64,000 bases of DNA, taken from contig CM097882.1 of NCBI GenBank assembly GCA_044892505.1, forward strand, positions 253,952,001-254,016,000, read 5' to 3'. Numbering within the stretch: the stretch's first letter is position 1; the number at the start of each line of letters is the position of its first letter. Below the pieces are notes generated by a model. It had not been told where the DNA came from and searched no databases. It was given only the letters and a program-made list of their open reading frames with translations. Below are positions 20,801-28,499 of the stretch, one piece after another. Source of the DNA: Schmidtea nova. Its lineage: Eukaryota. The position numbers and the translations under genes were made by a program.

Positions 20801-23800
20801 CTCTATGGAATAAGAAATCCATTTTATTATTCACATACAAGTGTAGCTTGATATCCATTGTGTCGATCTTGGGTTTCGCATTCGGCACTTCTTGCTTTGA
20901 CACGTATATTCCTGGATAGTTTGTTTCGTATACTGTTGTACTGCACTTAAGGGTTGCTTTCCCTTTTATGAATCTCATGCCCACATCCTGATTTGTGGTT
21001 ATCAACACTGTTGGTGTGGTTCTCATCTCTATCCGTTTCTCTCTATGATCCGGTTTCAATTGTCTTTTATTCTCTAAAGCCTCTTTGAGATGTTTTGCTC
21101 TAGCTTTGTCATCATCATCTTCTTCTTGGAACGTTTTGCCTTGAATTTCGTCGAACTTTGCTCCTTGTAGCAGTTGTAATTGACATTCGTTCACCTTTGG
21201 TTTGTACACCAAAGTTGACATTCCCGTTTGACACATGCTTCTGTCAATTTTACACATGGATAACGTTTTCATTTCTCCTGTTGTTGGTTCGAAGAATGCT
21301 TCGTAGCTTTTCAGTTCGACTATATACGTATCCATTACCACTAAGTTGGTTGCGGGTACTCCGAATATTGGGTAGGTTTCTCCTTGACAATATCCTTCTC
21401 CTCCCGTAATCCGTCCTGCTACATAATATGTCTGCTGCAACATCATTCCTGGCTTTCCTTTTATCTTGATTTTATCTCTCGTTGTCACTTCTCCATGTTT
21501 AAACAATGCTTCGCAGTCTTCTCCTTGCAACACGATTGGTTCTCTTTCGGTTCCTGGCATGACAATTGCCGAATAATGTCCTCTCCCACAATAGAATGCG
21601 AATCTCGTCTTCTGTACCTTGCATTCATTCACCATTGTCTTTATTAGTTCTGCCTCTTGATACACGTGGTACCATTGTTCCTTTTTGATCTCTTTCAATT
21701 CTACTGGGGTTGCATCTTTGCATTGCTCCGTACCTCTCAATGAGTACTTTTCTCCTAACTTCATTTGATCACAATCAAATACTTCAAATGTTGTTGCACC
21801 CTCTGTGCTTAACAACCATACTAACATCATCATGATTATCGAGTTCAAATTCAACGTCGATCTTCCGTTTCCTTGCATTGTTTGTCTATTCTCCATTTCT
21901 CTCAATACTCCTTCGAGTTTCTTTCTCATCACGTTAGAACCTTCTTTTGTCTGATTCTCTTTTATGAACTTTTCCCATCCTCCTTTCCTGAGGATATATG
22001 GTTCAATTTCTTTCTCGATAATCATCGTCGTATTTTTAATATGTCTTCCCATCGGACTTGACTTCGGGCTTCCTCGGCTTAGCGTTAACAAATTGTATAT
22101 TGTATACGAGATTGCTACTAGATATTTACTGTCCGTCTCTGCTCCGTTAAGTAGCCTTTTTATTAACATAGTGGTTCCTTGCCAATCTAGATGATTCGAT
22201 TTTGTTTTTGCCTTTATCAATTCTGGCATAATCGGTGCTATCGCATTGTGTAGCATCCTTGCCTTTGTACTGGGTTCGTTTATCCGCCACAAATTCTTTA
22301 ATTCTGGATCAATTATCGCCAACACATCCATTATCGTTTTGGTGAGCCATTCTTCTCCTTGACAGACTTGATTCTCCTCTTTGCCTCTGATTTCTGCGAT
22401 TTTGTCTAATTTCTTTAAGCAAATCTCCCATTGCTCTTGTCTCCTTTCTTCCCTTGTTTTTGGGATTGCTGTTGTTGGATCTATCTTTGGTCTTCCTCTT
22501 GGTCGTTTTTCCATTCCAGTTCCGGTTTCTACAAATCTCGTTGCTCTTCCTGTTTCTTCCGTAACATCTCTTCCTTCGTTTGCTCGCTGTTCTAACCATC
22601 TTTCCATTTCTTGAGTAAACTGGGGTTGTTCTTGTTCGTCTTCCGAATCGTTCACCATTTCTATGACTACCTCTTGCTCCACTTCTTGATCGTCGATTTC
22701 TGCTGGTGACGTTATTGGCATCTCTATTATTCTGTCAAAAATATTCGCCGTTGGTTTTTGAGTCAACTTTGTTAGTTCTTCTATCGCCTCATCACTATCT
22801 GTTAGTATCTCATCGACGTCATACGCTTCTGGCGGTGTTCTCTCTCTCGTTTTGATTGGTGTTGTCCTTGCTTGTCCCGAACTTGTTCCTGGGGTCATTG
22901 TTGACTTCATCGGACTTGGTGTACTCATGCTTCCTTTCGCTTTCTTTTCCTCTTTGAACTTCAGTGGTTGACCCACTATTTGTGCCACTGTTAGCGTATT
23001 CATTAGATCCAATTGCACTGGTGTCAGCCAGATTTCCAAATTGTTATCCAACGATCGTCCTTGATGTTGCAGGTGGAATGGTAGTTCGTACATCAGTTTC
23101 TCTTTAACACTTTTCACTTTTTCCGTTAGCATCACCCAAAACTCTTCTTTTCTCTGATTCGGATACATTATCCTCAAATGTATTTTCTGTGGCGTTTCTT
23201 CCGCAAATTCTCGGTTTCTCCACTTTTTTATTACGTCGTCTAGTTGCTCTGGACACCACTTGTTAACTCTCTTGTATTCTGCTATCGCTTTAGCTACTTT
23301 TCTCAAGTTCGTTATGTCTTCTCCATTTGAGATTATGAAACCTGCTAAACCTTTTATTGTTTGTCTTTTTCCCCGAGTATTTCCTCTCAACAGCTCGATC
23401 AATTCACTCGTTTTCTGTTTCTCCAATTCTGCCCATATTACTGCAGTTTCTGGTCCGTCTAAGTCCGTTGGTAATAACCTCCTTGTTACCATACATATCC
23501 GTTTCGTATTCCGTTCATTTCCGTCTTCTCCTTCCGGATCTTCTTCATACACGCCTCTTTTCACTTTCCAACATTTCTCTTTGTTATCCCATTGCTTCTC
23601 TACTGGCGTCAATCGTCGTCTATTAAGATCCAATTCTCCCAATATTGTCTCCCATTCTGGCTTCATCTGCCAGTTCCGATAGATTTCTACTATCTGCCTC
23701 AGCTTACGCATAACGTCCTCTTGTCGTTTCTTTTTCCTTTCCTCATCCCTTGGTGTTGCTCTTTGCACATCATCCATTCTGATGACGTGTATTGTCTGAT

Positions 23801-26753
23801 AATTATCCCATATGCCGATTTTATACGCTCGTCTTCCATCACGTTCATTCAGTAGATGTTCTTTGTATTTTATAGCGATGTCATCCTCAAATTCGTCTTC
23901 CCGTTCTCGTTGTAATATCGTCTCATTGATGACATCTACTATTTCTCCCACTTTACTATCTGGTATTACCTCAATTTGTCTTGTCTCTTCATTCGGTAAT
24001 CTCACGGTAATCTTCAGATCTGATACCTCTCCTCTTTTAAACATTTCTTTTCCCATCTTTGCGATTAGCTTGTCCGTTTTGAAATTCGAATGTCTCGTTT
24101 GACTTGTATCTCGTATGTTCTCGATACATTGCTTCAAATTCTCATACTCGCTTTTCGTCAGTTCCTTTCGATGTTTCTTGATTTGTTGGATGATCTGTTC
24201 TATCATCGTATTCAAATTCTCTGCCAAGACTCTTTCTTTTGCCTCTACCAACTGAGGTTTTATTCTCATCTCGTAACACGTATTCGCTTCTTTGACGATT
24301 CCTTGTAAGTTCTCTTCCTTTTTGGTGTTGCATATAGATAGCGTTGTTATTTCTCCTGGCCAGATGCCTGTGTCTATCATATGCGTTCCTTTTCTCACCA
24401 ATCCGTTTTCCGAATATATGAATTTGTCTTTGTACGAGCTTCCCAATCTGTCCTCAACCCATCGGTAAATTCCGTCTGTCACTGGGTTCCTTATCCAGAT
24501 TCTCGGTGAACACTCGTTTATCCATATCTGTATTATGTATTCGTTCAGTGGTTCTTTCAATAGCCTCTCTATGAATTCTTGTATTACCCTCACTTCTCTT
24601 TCTTGTAACCACTCTTTATACTTCATCTGCCATACTGCTCGTATAAACTTTCTATATCGTTTCCCGTCGATAAACTCTTCGTTGTGGATTACTTCTAACG
24701 CGTTATCCATCAGCTTCTGAATTTCGTCTTCCCTTACTGACACTGTTTCTATTGTCTCGACTACTTCCATCTTTTTATCCTCGTTTTCCGGTTCCTTTAG
24801 CATGTCTCCTGCCAGACTGCTAACTTCGCTGTCGTCTTCTTCATCTGACAATTCTTGTCTTGGGTGTCTCAGCATCCCAATATGCGCGGTTGGTCTCGCT
24901 TCGTTTTTGCTAACTTCCTGTGTTAGTTCACTTTCGTTTCCCGTTACTTCAGCTTTTCCCATTCTTTTCTCTAACTCATCTATTTCTTCCAACCGTCTTC
25001 GTCTTATTTTTCCCTTGAATATTCGACTGATCCGAGTTTGGTGTTTCACTGGTGGTGGGATTTTCTCCGGTTCCACCTCTCTGATGATCATCACGTTTAT
25101 TTTCGTCTCCGTTACTCCCATATCTTCCCATATATCGGTCATCTTTAACTTCACTTCTGGCAAATCCTCTGTTTGTAGGAATGCTTCTCTGGGCAGTTTC
25201 GTTATTCCCGGAATCATCTCATTTACTTTATTGAACAGTCTTCCCACTTCTTCTTTTACATCGTATTTGAATCGCCATACGTGATCATTCGGCATGATCA
25301 CCAACATTCCTCTTTGTTTGATTCTCACTTCCTCTTCTTGATTCGTTTCTTTTTCTGTTTCTGTTTCTTTTTCCACTTCTTCATCCTTTTGATTCTGCTC
25401 TGCGACTTCTACTTCCTGATTCACTTCTTCTTGTTTCTGTTCTTCGTTTCTTTTCTCTTTAACTTCTAACTCGTCTGACTCATCCTGCTGCTTCTCTTCC
25501 ATCATTGCTCGCATCATGTTGATCCTTGGATTTCCTTTCTTTAACTGTTGTAACCGTTGTTGCCTGACTTGTTCTTCTTCTCGTCGTACTCTGGCCCATT
25601 CTTGATTATGTTTCTGTTGGCTTTCTCTATTTTCTCTTTCGGCCTCAGCTTCTATTAGCTGGATCATGTTTATCTTTGGTTGAGCAGCTTGTTGGCTTCC
25701 TTTTGCCATGCTTTCGATTATCTCGTGTAATCTGGATACCTCCTGTCTCAACTTGGCTTCTTTCATACTGGCTTCATTTGCACTGCTATTTGGGTTATTC
25801 CGTTGTTGACCCTGATTCCCATAGCTTGGTCGATTCTCGTAATTCGGTCTATTTCCACTGTTTGACCAACTTCTCTGTTGATTACAGTCTCTTGACATGT
25901 GTCCGGTTTTTCCACATGTGTAACACGTTTTCCCATAACATCGATTTTCTGAGTGACCCTTTTGTCCACACAGTTTACAGGCTACATTCTGAAAACACTC
26001 TTGTTGCCAATGTCCGTTTTTCCCACACGTCTGACATTGCCTATTCTGCCTGTCATTGTAACTATTTCCTCCATTCGTATTCACCGTAATATATCCGTTA
26101 TTCTTCCTCGCTGGCGGTTCTTTGAACAATCTCTGCGAATGGGGAATACTTTGATTCATGTTTCTTTTTCCTTGTTCTTCATCTTCTGTCGTTTTTCCCA
26201 TTACCGCCGTAATTCTCATGTCATTCATTGCCATATGCAATTCGAATAGGTTGGCTGCTTCCAACGCTTCATCTACTGTTTTACATCCCTTGCATCCCAC
26301 TTGTGCTCTGATGTCAGGTCTCCTGAGACCTCGTACGAATAACGCTGTCATCAATTCTTCGTCTACTGGGCTTCCTCTATTGAATGCCAGTTTCGCCAAC
26401 TTTCTTAATTCACTTGCGTACACTGCATTTGACTCGTTTCTCCTCTGTTTTCTTGCTGAGAACTCATCGAACGCTTCGTTCAACACTTTATTTATCCCAA
26501 ACGTCTGTTGGAAGAACTCCTTGATCGCTTCCCACGTTCTGGGTGGATTACTTCCCGATCTCTTCTCAATATACAGATCCAATGCGCTATCTTTTAAGTA
26601 TAGCGGGATTCGATTCGCTAACGTTTCTGCACTCCATCCGCATATATCCACGAATATGCCAAATTCCTTCAGGAACGTGTCCAATCTACTGGCGTCTCCA
26701 TTAAATGGTTCGCCCTTGAATTTTTCTCTTAGATCCTCTCTGTGATCACTCAT
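11859..26753 (-). CDS. gag-env-pol: Single 4,964-aa polyprotein: Gag, 3 CCHC knuckles, Ubl-like x3, AT-hook, Bcl-2-like, Env, PR, RT, RNase H, IN, ankyrin repeats, FN3-like repeats, TM
   Basis: Uninterrupted ORF with motifs CxxCx4Hx4C x3, IDTGA, YIDD, LATDASG, H-H-C-C zinc domain, MDVVGP/TDQG/TERFN, GPYE and GNTALHNA. Confidence 0.95.
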   Translation of the reverse strand: MSDHREDLREKFKGEPFNGDASRLDTFLKEFGIFVDICGWSAETLANRIPLYLKDSALDLYIEKRSGSNPPRTWEAIKEFFQQTFGINKVLNEAFDEFSARKQRRNESNAVYASELRKLAKLAFNRGSPVDEELMTALFVRGLRRPDIRAQVGCKGCKTVDEALEAANLFELHMAMNDMRITAVMGKTTEDEEQGKRNMNQSIPHSQRLFKEPPARKNNGYITVNTNGGNSYNDRQNRQCQTCGKNGHWQQECFQNVACKLCGQKGHSENRCYGKTCYTCGKTGHMSRDCNQQRSWSNSGNRPNYENRPSYGNQGQQRNNPNSSANEASMKEAKLRQEVSRLHEIIESMAKGSQQAAQPKINMIQLIEAEAERENRESQQKHNQEWARVRREEEQVRQQRLQQLKKGNPRINMMRAMMEEKQQDESDELEVKEKRNEEQKQEEVNQEVEVAEQNQKDEEVEKETETEKETNQEEEVRIKQRGMLVIMPNDHVWRFKYDVKEEVGRLFNKVNEMIPGITKLPREAFLQTEDLPEVKLKMTDIWEDMGVTETKINVMIIREVEPEKIPPPVKHQTRISRIFKGKIRRRRLEEIDELEKRMGKAEVTGNESELTQEVSKNEARPTAHIGMLRHPRQELSDEEDDSEVSSLAGDMLKEPENEDKKMEVVETIETVSVREDEIQKLMDNALEVIHNEEFIDGKRYRKFIRAVWQMKYKEWLQEREVRVIQEFIERLLKEPLNEYIIQIWINECSPRIWIRNPVTDGIYRWVEDRLGSSYKDKFIYSENGLVRKGTHMIDTGIWPGEITTLSICNTKKEENLQGIVKEANTCYEMRIKPQLVEAKERVLAENLNTMIEQIIQQIKKHRKELTKSEYENLKQCIENIRDTSQTRHSNFKTDKLIAKMGKEMFKRGEVSDLKITVRLPNEETRQIEVIPDSKVGEIVDVINETILQREREDEFEDDIAIKYKEHLLNERDGRRAYKIGIWDNYQTIHVIRMDDVQRATPRDEERKKKRQEDVMRKLRQIVEIYRNWQMKPEWETILGELDLNRRRLTPVEKQWDNKEKCWKVKRGVYEEDPEGEDGNERNTKRICMVTRRLLPTDLDGPETAVIWAELEKQKTSELIELLRGNTRGKRQTIKGLAGFIISNGEDITNLRKVAKAIAEYKRVNKWCPEQLDDVIKKWRNREFAEETPQKIHLRIMYPNQRKEEFWVMLTEKVKSVKEKLMYELPFHLQHQGRSLDNNLEIWLTPVQLDLMNTLTVAQIVGQPLKFKEEKKAKGSMSTPSPMKSTMTPGTSSGQARTTPIKTRERTPPEAYDVDEILTDSDEAIEELTKLTQKPTANIFDRIIEMPITSPAEIDDQEVEQEVVIEMVNDSEDEQEQPQFTQEMERWLEQRANEGRDVTEETGRATRFVETGTGMEKRPRGRPKIDPTTAIPKTREERRQEQWEICLKKLDKIAEIRGKEENQVCQGEEWLTKTIMDVLAIIDPELKNLWRINEPSTKARMLHNAIAPIMPELIKAKTKSNHLDWQGTTMLIKRLLNGAETDSKYLVAISYTIYNLLTLSRGSPKSSPMGRHIKNTTMIIEKEIEPYILRKGGWEKFIKENQTKEGSNVMRKKLEGVLREMENRQTMQGNGRSTLNLNSIIMMMLVWLLSTEGATTFEVFDCDQMKLGEKYSLRGTEQCKDATPVELKEIKKEQWYHVYQEAELIKTMVNECKVQKTRFAFYCGRGHYSAIVMPGTEREPIVLQGEDCEALFKHGEVTTRDKIKIKGKPGMMLQQTYYVAGRITGGEGYCQGETYPIFGVPATNLVVMDTYIVELKSYEAFFEPTTGEMKTLSMCKIDRSMCQTGMSTLVYKPKVNECQLQLLQGAKFDEIQGKTFQEEDDDDKARAKHLKEALENKRQLKPDHREKRIEMRTTPTVLITTNQDVGMRFIKGKATLKCSTTVYETNYPGIYVSKQEVPNAKPKIDTMDIKLHLYVNNKMDFLFHRGQASLQKVYYDLINNDCILNREILKTKLAVAITNPDSAMPLLPLREGHFGRVVGEAMYVYICEKTHASLAATTQLKPGQCTNELEIDYKGKVRYVQPVTRIINPPSFEPNPFNCSNAYGPLYQKPDGKWVMFPGRTEVLAPREFELMQLSKDRQFSDVDVSNNGIYSPKDLEAARQNILFPARREALLSNIVTITGGTNYREGPNYELLLSPAHFKKATENMMKAMWGRFLIFGQMMAGILGVILIIQIVRVIITQMLACFDIYKREKKVNWKMVVGFLPFLAKTMVLHGHSKDIHRIKRLLKILAKMRGTNEDVGRKFKKIMQDEQARRQLKKERKGLWERVRGYRTQDDSSNDDDDDDDQGGQANINQIPQYNEKSAVENWRYSAPPQSMYNEPIYKAKPNMMQMMPMTSIYPIIPEGCKVKRGGSVNSLEDTHTIAVMSTNMGPILTTTVEINGREIEAMIDTGANISAIDINYIPEKNQGEIEKTNVHVIACSQETVEVAGRWFVKIKHRGAEINTYIAVIPSLSVPCIIGTDLMPDLFKEIVIDLGAMKLKDRTGKICRMKVKVASAEQIVVPARHEMMCYVKIDSTIKGDMIFEPSKKFEAKKELPIARELVTINQEGEIPINLVNFDEEDKIIYENERLGKLTPMSEIEIPDKNEKSKDELPWKIDSVLLDERQKEQLQKLLMEYKDIFAASDLDLGTCDVTLHTIPLTDETPIALRPYKLAEAQKAVAEEEVQKMLDAEVIEPSCSPWQFPVVMVKKKDGTQRFCIDYRRLNAVTKRDTYPLPDINEMLLTLQGAAYFTSLDLKSGYWQIKMKDEDKEKTAFTIGRDLYQFKKMPFGLTNAPASFQRCMNFVTHGIKQCMVYIDDLLIYSATFEDHLQDIRNVFVKLRQWKLKLKPSKCDWAKEKVTFLGHIVSAKGKEPDPRNIEKVKECPPPKTVTQIQEFLGLCGYYRKFIKDYAGISKPMQELVRQDVSFVWGEEQQAAFETLRDKLITAPILVHPDFKKPFLLATDASGYAAGAVLGQFDEEGKERVIGYYSRTFRKHEKNYSVTEREAYAIILAIKHFKYLLWGHEIYITTDHQPLVWLGQHKESSSRLMRWAMQLQEYSPFIKFKAGKANANADCMSRFTFPELVNLNALKICALIAEDLDFSELRKDQLEDEELGLISKYLKERELEIFGKNQTLREHMQKYQHRYVMEKGWLLIQDGERRLMCLPANRRKEIMTQYHDGKLGGHMSAKKTIGRLRQKYFWPTMEDDVKEWIKNCLTCATRKNVGTKWKTPLKPMPIPAEPMATIAMDVVGPLPESLKGNQYILVVTDYLTKFPEAFAIPDQKAKTVARILVEEICCRYGTPKKILTDQGTNFMSEILDEVTNYFRIAKLRTSPYHPQTNGQTERFNGTLIRMLSNYVSKHQTDWDEYINLCLMAYRMSIHAATKLSPFQLMYGRDCNLPIDLEYQPPLSQYMEVDDYVTKFKERMQEIWKTAELNIKFYQESYKDLHDQKKNVKAHDLKVGDWVIIETPEIIPGTVKKLQRPGKGPYEITTVNENNVRVRLVNNPLVRPIYVNACRCRKIPKTATLSPEKRVMTRSQTARISMLRVQQKPQTSLEDNRREAIDIKELAKRTREIIPEWKWWLDFNILSEVRKYVMEYAKDRTAHPITRTLLEEIPQTLNLQDKDGNTALHNAIKHSGNEKVKEIVEMILEGGGEIDKVNWEGITPLMMMTIHGRNDEIIKLFGNTRSNWMAKDKEGRTFLNHAIDRANHRILKYITENATWEIDELTRGSIMKQAIGVKNSKTWRILLKWKRPEGDSWVIDCNEVFIRGENVLLKHLLEVTYDPKTLAVLIARDTLRVSENPREYKLEDRKKELFGLIRKWCDKQWNPDMSFEHFYDIQKQHKEISKRYKELMEALKYAQFFRQAVYQDQRMKQMQTRIRSKAVLFNAKADNQERLDAIVAKTQERLSEFKENKNSLEILGAITEKVHRYAQGDYNESDIETIKNQMPVAFLLSKDGRLPIHWALRRKKENEVLEITKAMVKCEADMNTVDDNGDTIMIIAARKKTNFKALSELYEAGAKIEGKNGKNNSIIDIAIQWNNFEMIKFIKSIKRQEEIEYLANNVKNFSLTVMIHDIEKTRALLTWVNPITKEPAFKINDNMEQNQNWCIRSALLRHKKPEIVEEFLKRRDLKFTNNPKEQERTGRWKDLFRKYVNEWANAKETIKQSGLENIEPSKDMEIREFESSTLAVQAYERLIEEINVEDDISKGPGGGYGDYDDKSNSEKNNEDNDNKRTEDNEKERQEEPKPTRNDKKGEAEERENSGTKDEHANYGKRTGSLLLRPEMLCIAILITIIGQGEAKKQYVTLEIIRGNEVYERICWKENLKKNDTLKCILSDLKRDVIQIKGLEKEKSYIICAVKQRGEPKAPQVTACQLYKATEALKIQKWIGKRSEETTRRTEVESEKGKNQSEAEEGIGNRTEKERITKNSAGKLTFQPELICVALILILIKRIMEDIDISVMTLVNIQDQRTTNGRCWGRNNEVIGISETRESREAETNEEIEITEIDTDRKCELCLMEKAANGNRPGTSECKVFQAKEIIEFPKRKKQDQETIANEVVTVEIKNIGRRTIGMCWRKYIGVSTSHVLPQCRTRERGIPFQLNGFEVGQAYEICVIRRIREVIQRSLECRLYKTPEQINGTRTIEMGGSRQRKRKSRRTTTTNSQGTQQTTEGTSTKNEPESTTLIIWKIHKKVLEICWTLMPNSMGKSPRNCQKTSNDKRETIEVEMRRLKTNAEYEVCAIEEVDAQGNPQERCETYYTPRNITIKGRTRKLEFRELSQKREQTETEEILQNQQERWEPEKVIEEVRQRQQQYEQWEAEWKGQYGVMINQSETPRRSIGKTIMGLISMGVFIACIPLITIMIVCWRYGMRNKTIAVKWPDVKVTNYNIKLPKEVREELKRRSKHEEMWVQIEDEELYEGKPVIVV
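12040..13790 (-). other. C-terminal membrane-associated region with 3-4 FN3-like Cys-Trp repeats and three hydrophobic segments
   Basis: Repeats containing ICW/MCW and IKGLEKEKSYIICAV, LNGFEVGQAYEICVI, MRRLKTNAEYEVCAI (FN3-type L...Y.I/V.V pattern); TM GLISMGVFIACIPLITIMIVCW. Confidence 0.5.
14400..15800 (-). other. Two clusters of ankyrin repeats C-terminal to integrase
   Basis: NLQDKDGNTALHNAIK, DKVNWEGITPLMM, DKEGRTFLNHAID; SKDGRLPIHWAL, NTVDDNGDTIMIIAA, GKNNSIIDIAI. Confidence 0.85.
16050..19470 (-). other. pol: Pol core: aspartic protease (~19140-19470), RT (~18000-18600), RNase H (~17400-17760), integrase (~16050-17110)
   Basis: IEAMIDTGANISAI; FQFKKMPFGL, YIDD; LATDASG, TEREAYAI, TDH; HDGKLGGH...CLTC, D-D-E triad, GPY. 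Confidence 0.95.
19950..21855 (-). other. env: Envelope glycoprotein of chuvirus/Monjiviricetes (class III, gB-like) type within polyprotein
   Basis: Signal peptide NSIIMMMLVWLLSTEGA|TTFEVFDC; Cys-rich ectodomain; furin-like REKR; YVNNKMDFLF...CILNREILKTKLAVAITNPD...GHFGRVVGEAMYVYIC, as I recall from chuvirus-type G; TM FLIFGQMMAGILGVILIIQIVRVII. Confidence 0.8.
21960..22352 (-). other. Candidate Bcl-2-like domain within polyprotein
   Basis: BH2-like YILRKGGWEKFI (cf. WIxxxGGWxxF) and weak BH1-like NHLDWQGTTMLI in a ~130-aa helical segment. Confidence 0.5.
25884..26753 (-). other. Gag capsid-like domain and three CCHC zinc knuckles (part of polyprotein)
   Basis: EPFNGDASRLDTFLKEF...LYLKDSALDLY (retrotransposon Gag); CQTCGKNGHWQQEC, CKLCGQKGHSENRC, CYTCGKTGHMSRDC. 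Confidence 0.9.
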
Positions 26754-28088
26754 CCCGATTCCACTATCTTGGAATACTGTACTAGTTTTCTTTACTTCTA
26801 GTTCACCACTTGTTTCTGAATTCGACTCTTCTTCTCCGCTACTCTCTGTTTCGTTATCTCTTGATTCGCTTCTTGTTCTGTTTTCCCTGACTAGTTCACT
26901 GTCTATCGTCTCTACTTCGTTTTGTACTTCTAGATCTTCTGGGGTTTCTTCTTGGTTCTCTTTATTACTCGAATTATCGCTGATCTCTACTTGTTTGTTC
27001 TTTTGCTGCTTAGGCTTGTTACCTGTTCTTGTCCTTTTTGCTGCTTTTCTTTCTGCTTCCGTTAAGATTGGTATTATACCTGATCTTGTTTCTCGTCCCT
27101 CAATTTTGTCTATTCCTCAACTTCTTATATTCTCAACTGATTTTCTACTCCGCTTTTGCTTTGCTTCTTCTTTGATTTGTTTCCTTTGATTGCTCTGACT
27201 GCTAGATTGCTTTGAATTGCTTGATTGATTTGTTTCCTTAAAACAAATAATCACTTACACGATACGTCCCCGTTATCGTGTTTCTCGTCCCTCTCACGGG
27301 TGTAGTCATAATTCATGAAGATCCCCATTTTTCCCATTCCCCTTGATTTTAAGTCTATTTAAATTATCTATGCAGTCGTATCAATTATCTATTCTTTATC
27401 AAATACACCAATTACTTTTCCCCAGTTTCCCAATTACTTTGTCGCTCAGCGCTCTTATTATCCCCTTTACTTTTTCTCAGGCTTCTCTGGCTCTGAGTTC
27501 AAATTTCCCCTTATCTGTCGACTAGTCTGTTTTTCGACTACTCACTTTATCTCCTATTCACACTACGTTTACTACTTCATTTCAATTCTCATCTCTACTC
27601 ACCTTTAATTCAACTGACATCTCTCGTTGGCCTGTTGGGCTTTCCAATCAGCGCCTTTCATCTCACCCTTTATCTCGACTTTATTACTCTCAACATCACT
27701 CATTATCTCATTAGCCTGCTGGGTTTTCCAGTCAGCGCTTTTATGATCCTCCATTTACCTCTTTGCTGTCGACTTCTAACTGCTCTTTACTTTTCATCAC
27801 TTTTCATACTGTTACTCCACATACTATTCATCATGCTTCATTCATCCCCATATTTTCACATTCATACTTTCATTCTCATGCATACTTTTATCATGCTCAT
27901 CAATCTCATTATTTTACACTCATATTTTTATTTATTATTTTTCAACCCGATTCATTCTTGCTTCAGGACCCTCAAACCCTCTATTATTTACTTTACTTTT
28001 CCTCGCTAAATTCAATTCCATCCCGGTTCATGCGCTCTAACACTGTCCGCAGATATCGAATTCACTTTTTCCCACAAAGATCGATTTA

Positions 28089-28106
28089 ATCCCGGCTGAG
28101 CCCCCA
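28089..28106 (-). promoter_or_regulatory. Primer-binding site TGGGGGCTCAGCCGGGAT (tRNA-Pro-like)
   Basis: Lies 6 nt inside the 5' LTR; 16/18 match to the MLV tRNA-Pro PBS TGGGGGCTCGTCCGGGAT. Confidence 0.85.
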
Positions 28107-28499
28107 AATTTATGCTGGTGTGTTGGTTGGATTGACAACTGAGATCCTTATGATTTTATACGTTAGGGTGATCTCGCCAACATAAAAACATTTCCCCCGC
28201 TGACACCCATGATGTATCCCTAACTACTCATCATGTTGGTGCTGTGTCAACGTTGTGAAATGACAAGGCAGGTGAGCAACCTTTCGGCTACTATTCCCTT
28301 GTTTATTCACGGGTCCACCACTACCGATAGAAGGTGTCTGTGGCTTTCTTTCGGTCCCACTTATGCTCTTTACTTTGCTCTAGGGTAATTTATATTTTTG
28401 ATATCTGCAGCCAAAAAATGAATCCGGGTTTTTGTTACTTTTAATTCTCATACATGCGTCAAACAAACAAAACAAATCAAATCATTCATTTATATACAT

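Noticed and set aside
8732-26745. Dozens of 60-195-aa + strand ORFs rich in F/L/S opposite the giant element's genes
   Set aside because: They are antisense shadows of a purine-rich coding strand, with no recognisable motifs.
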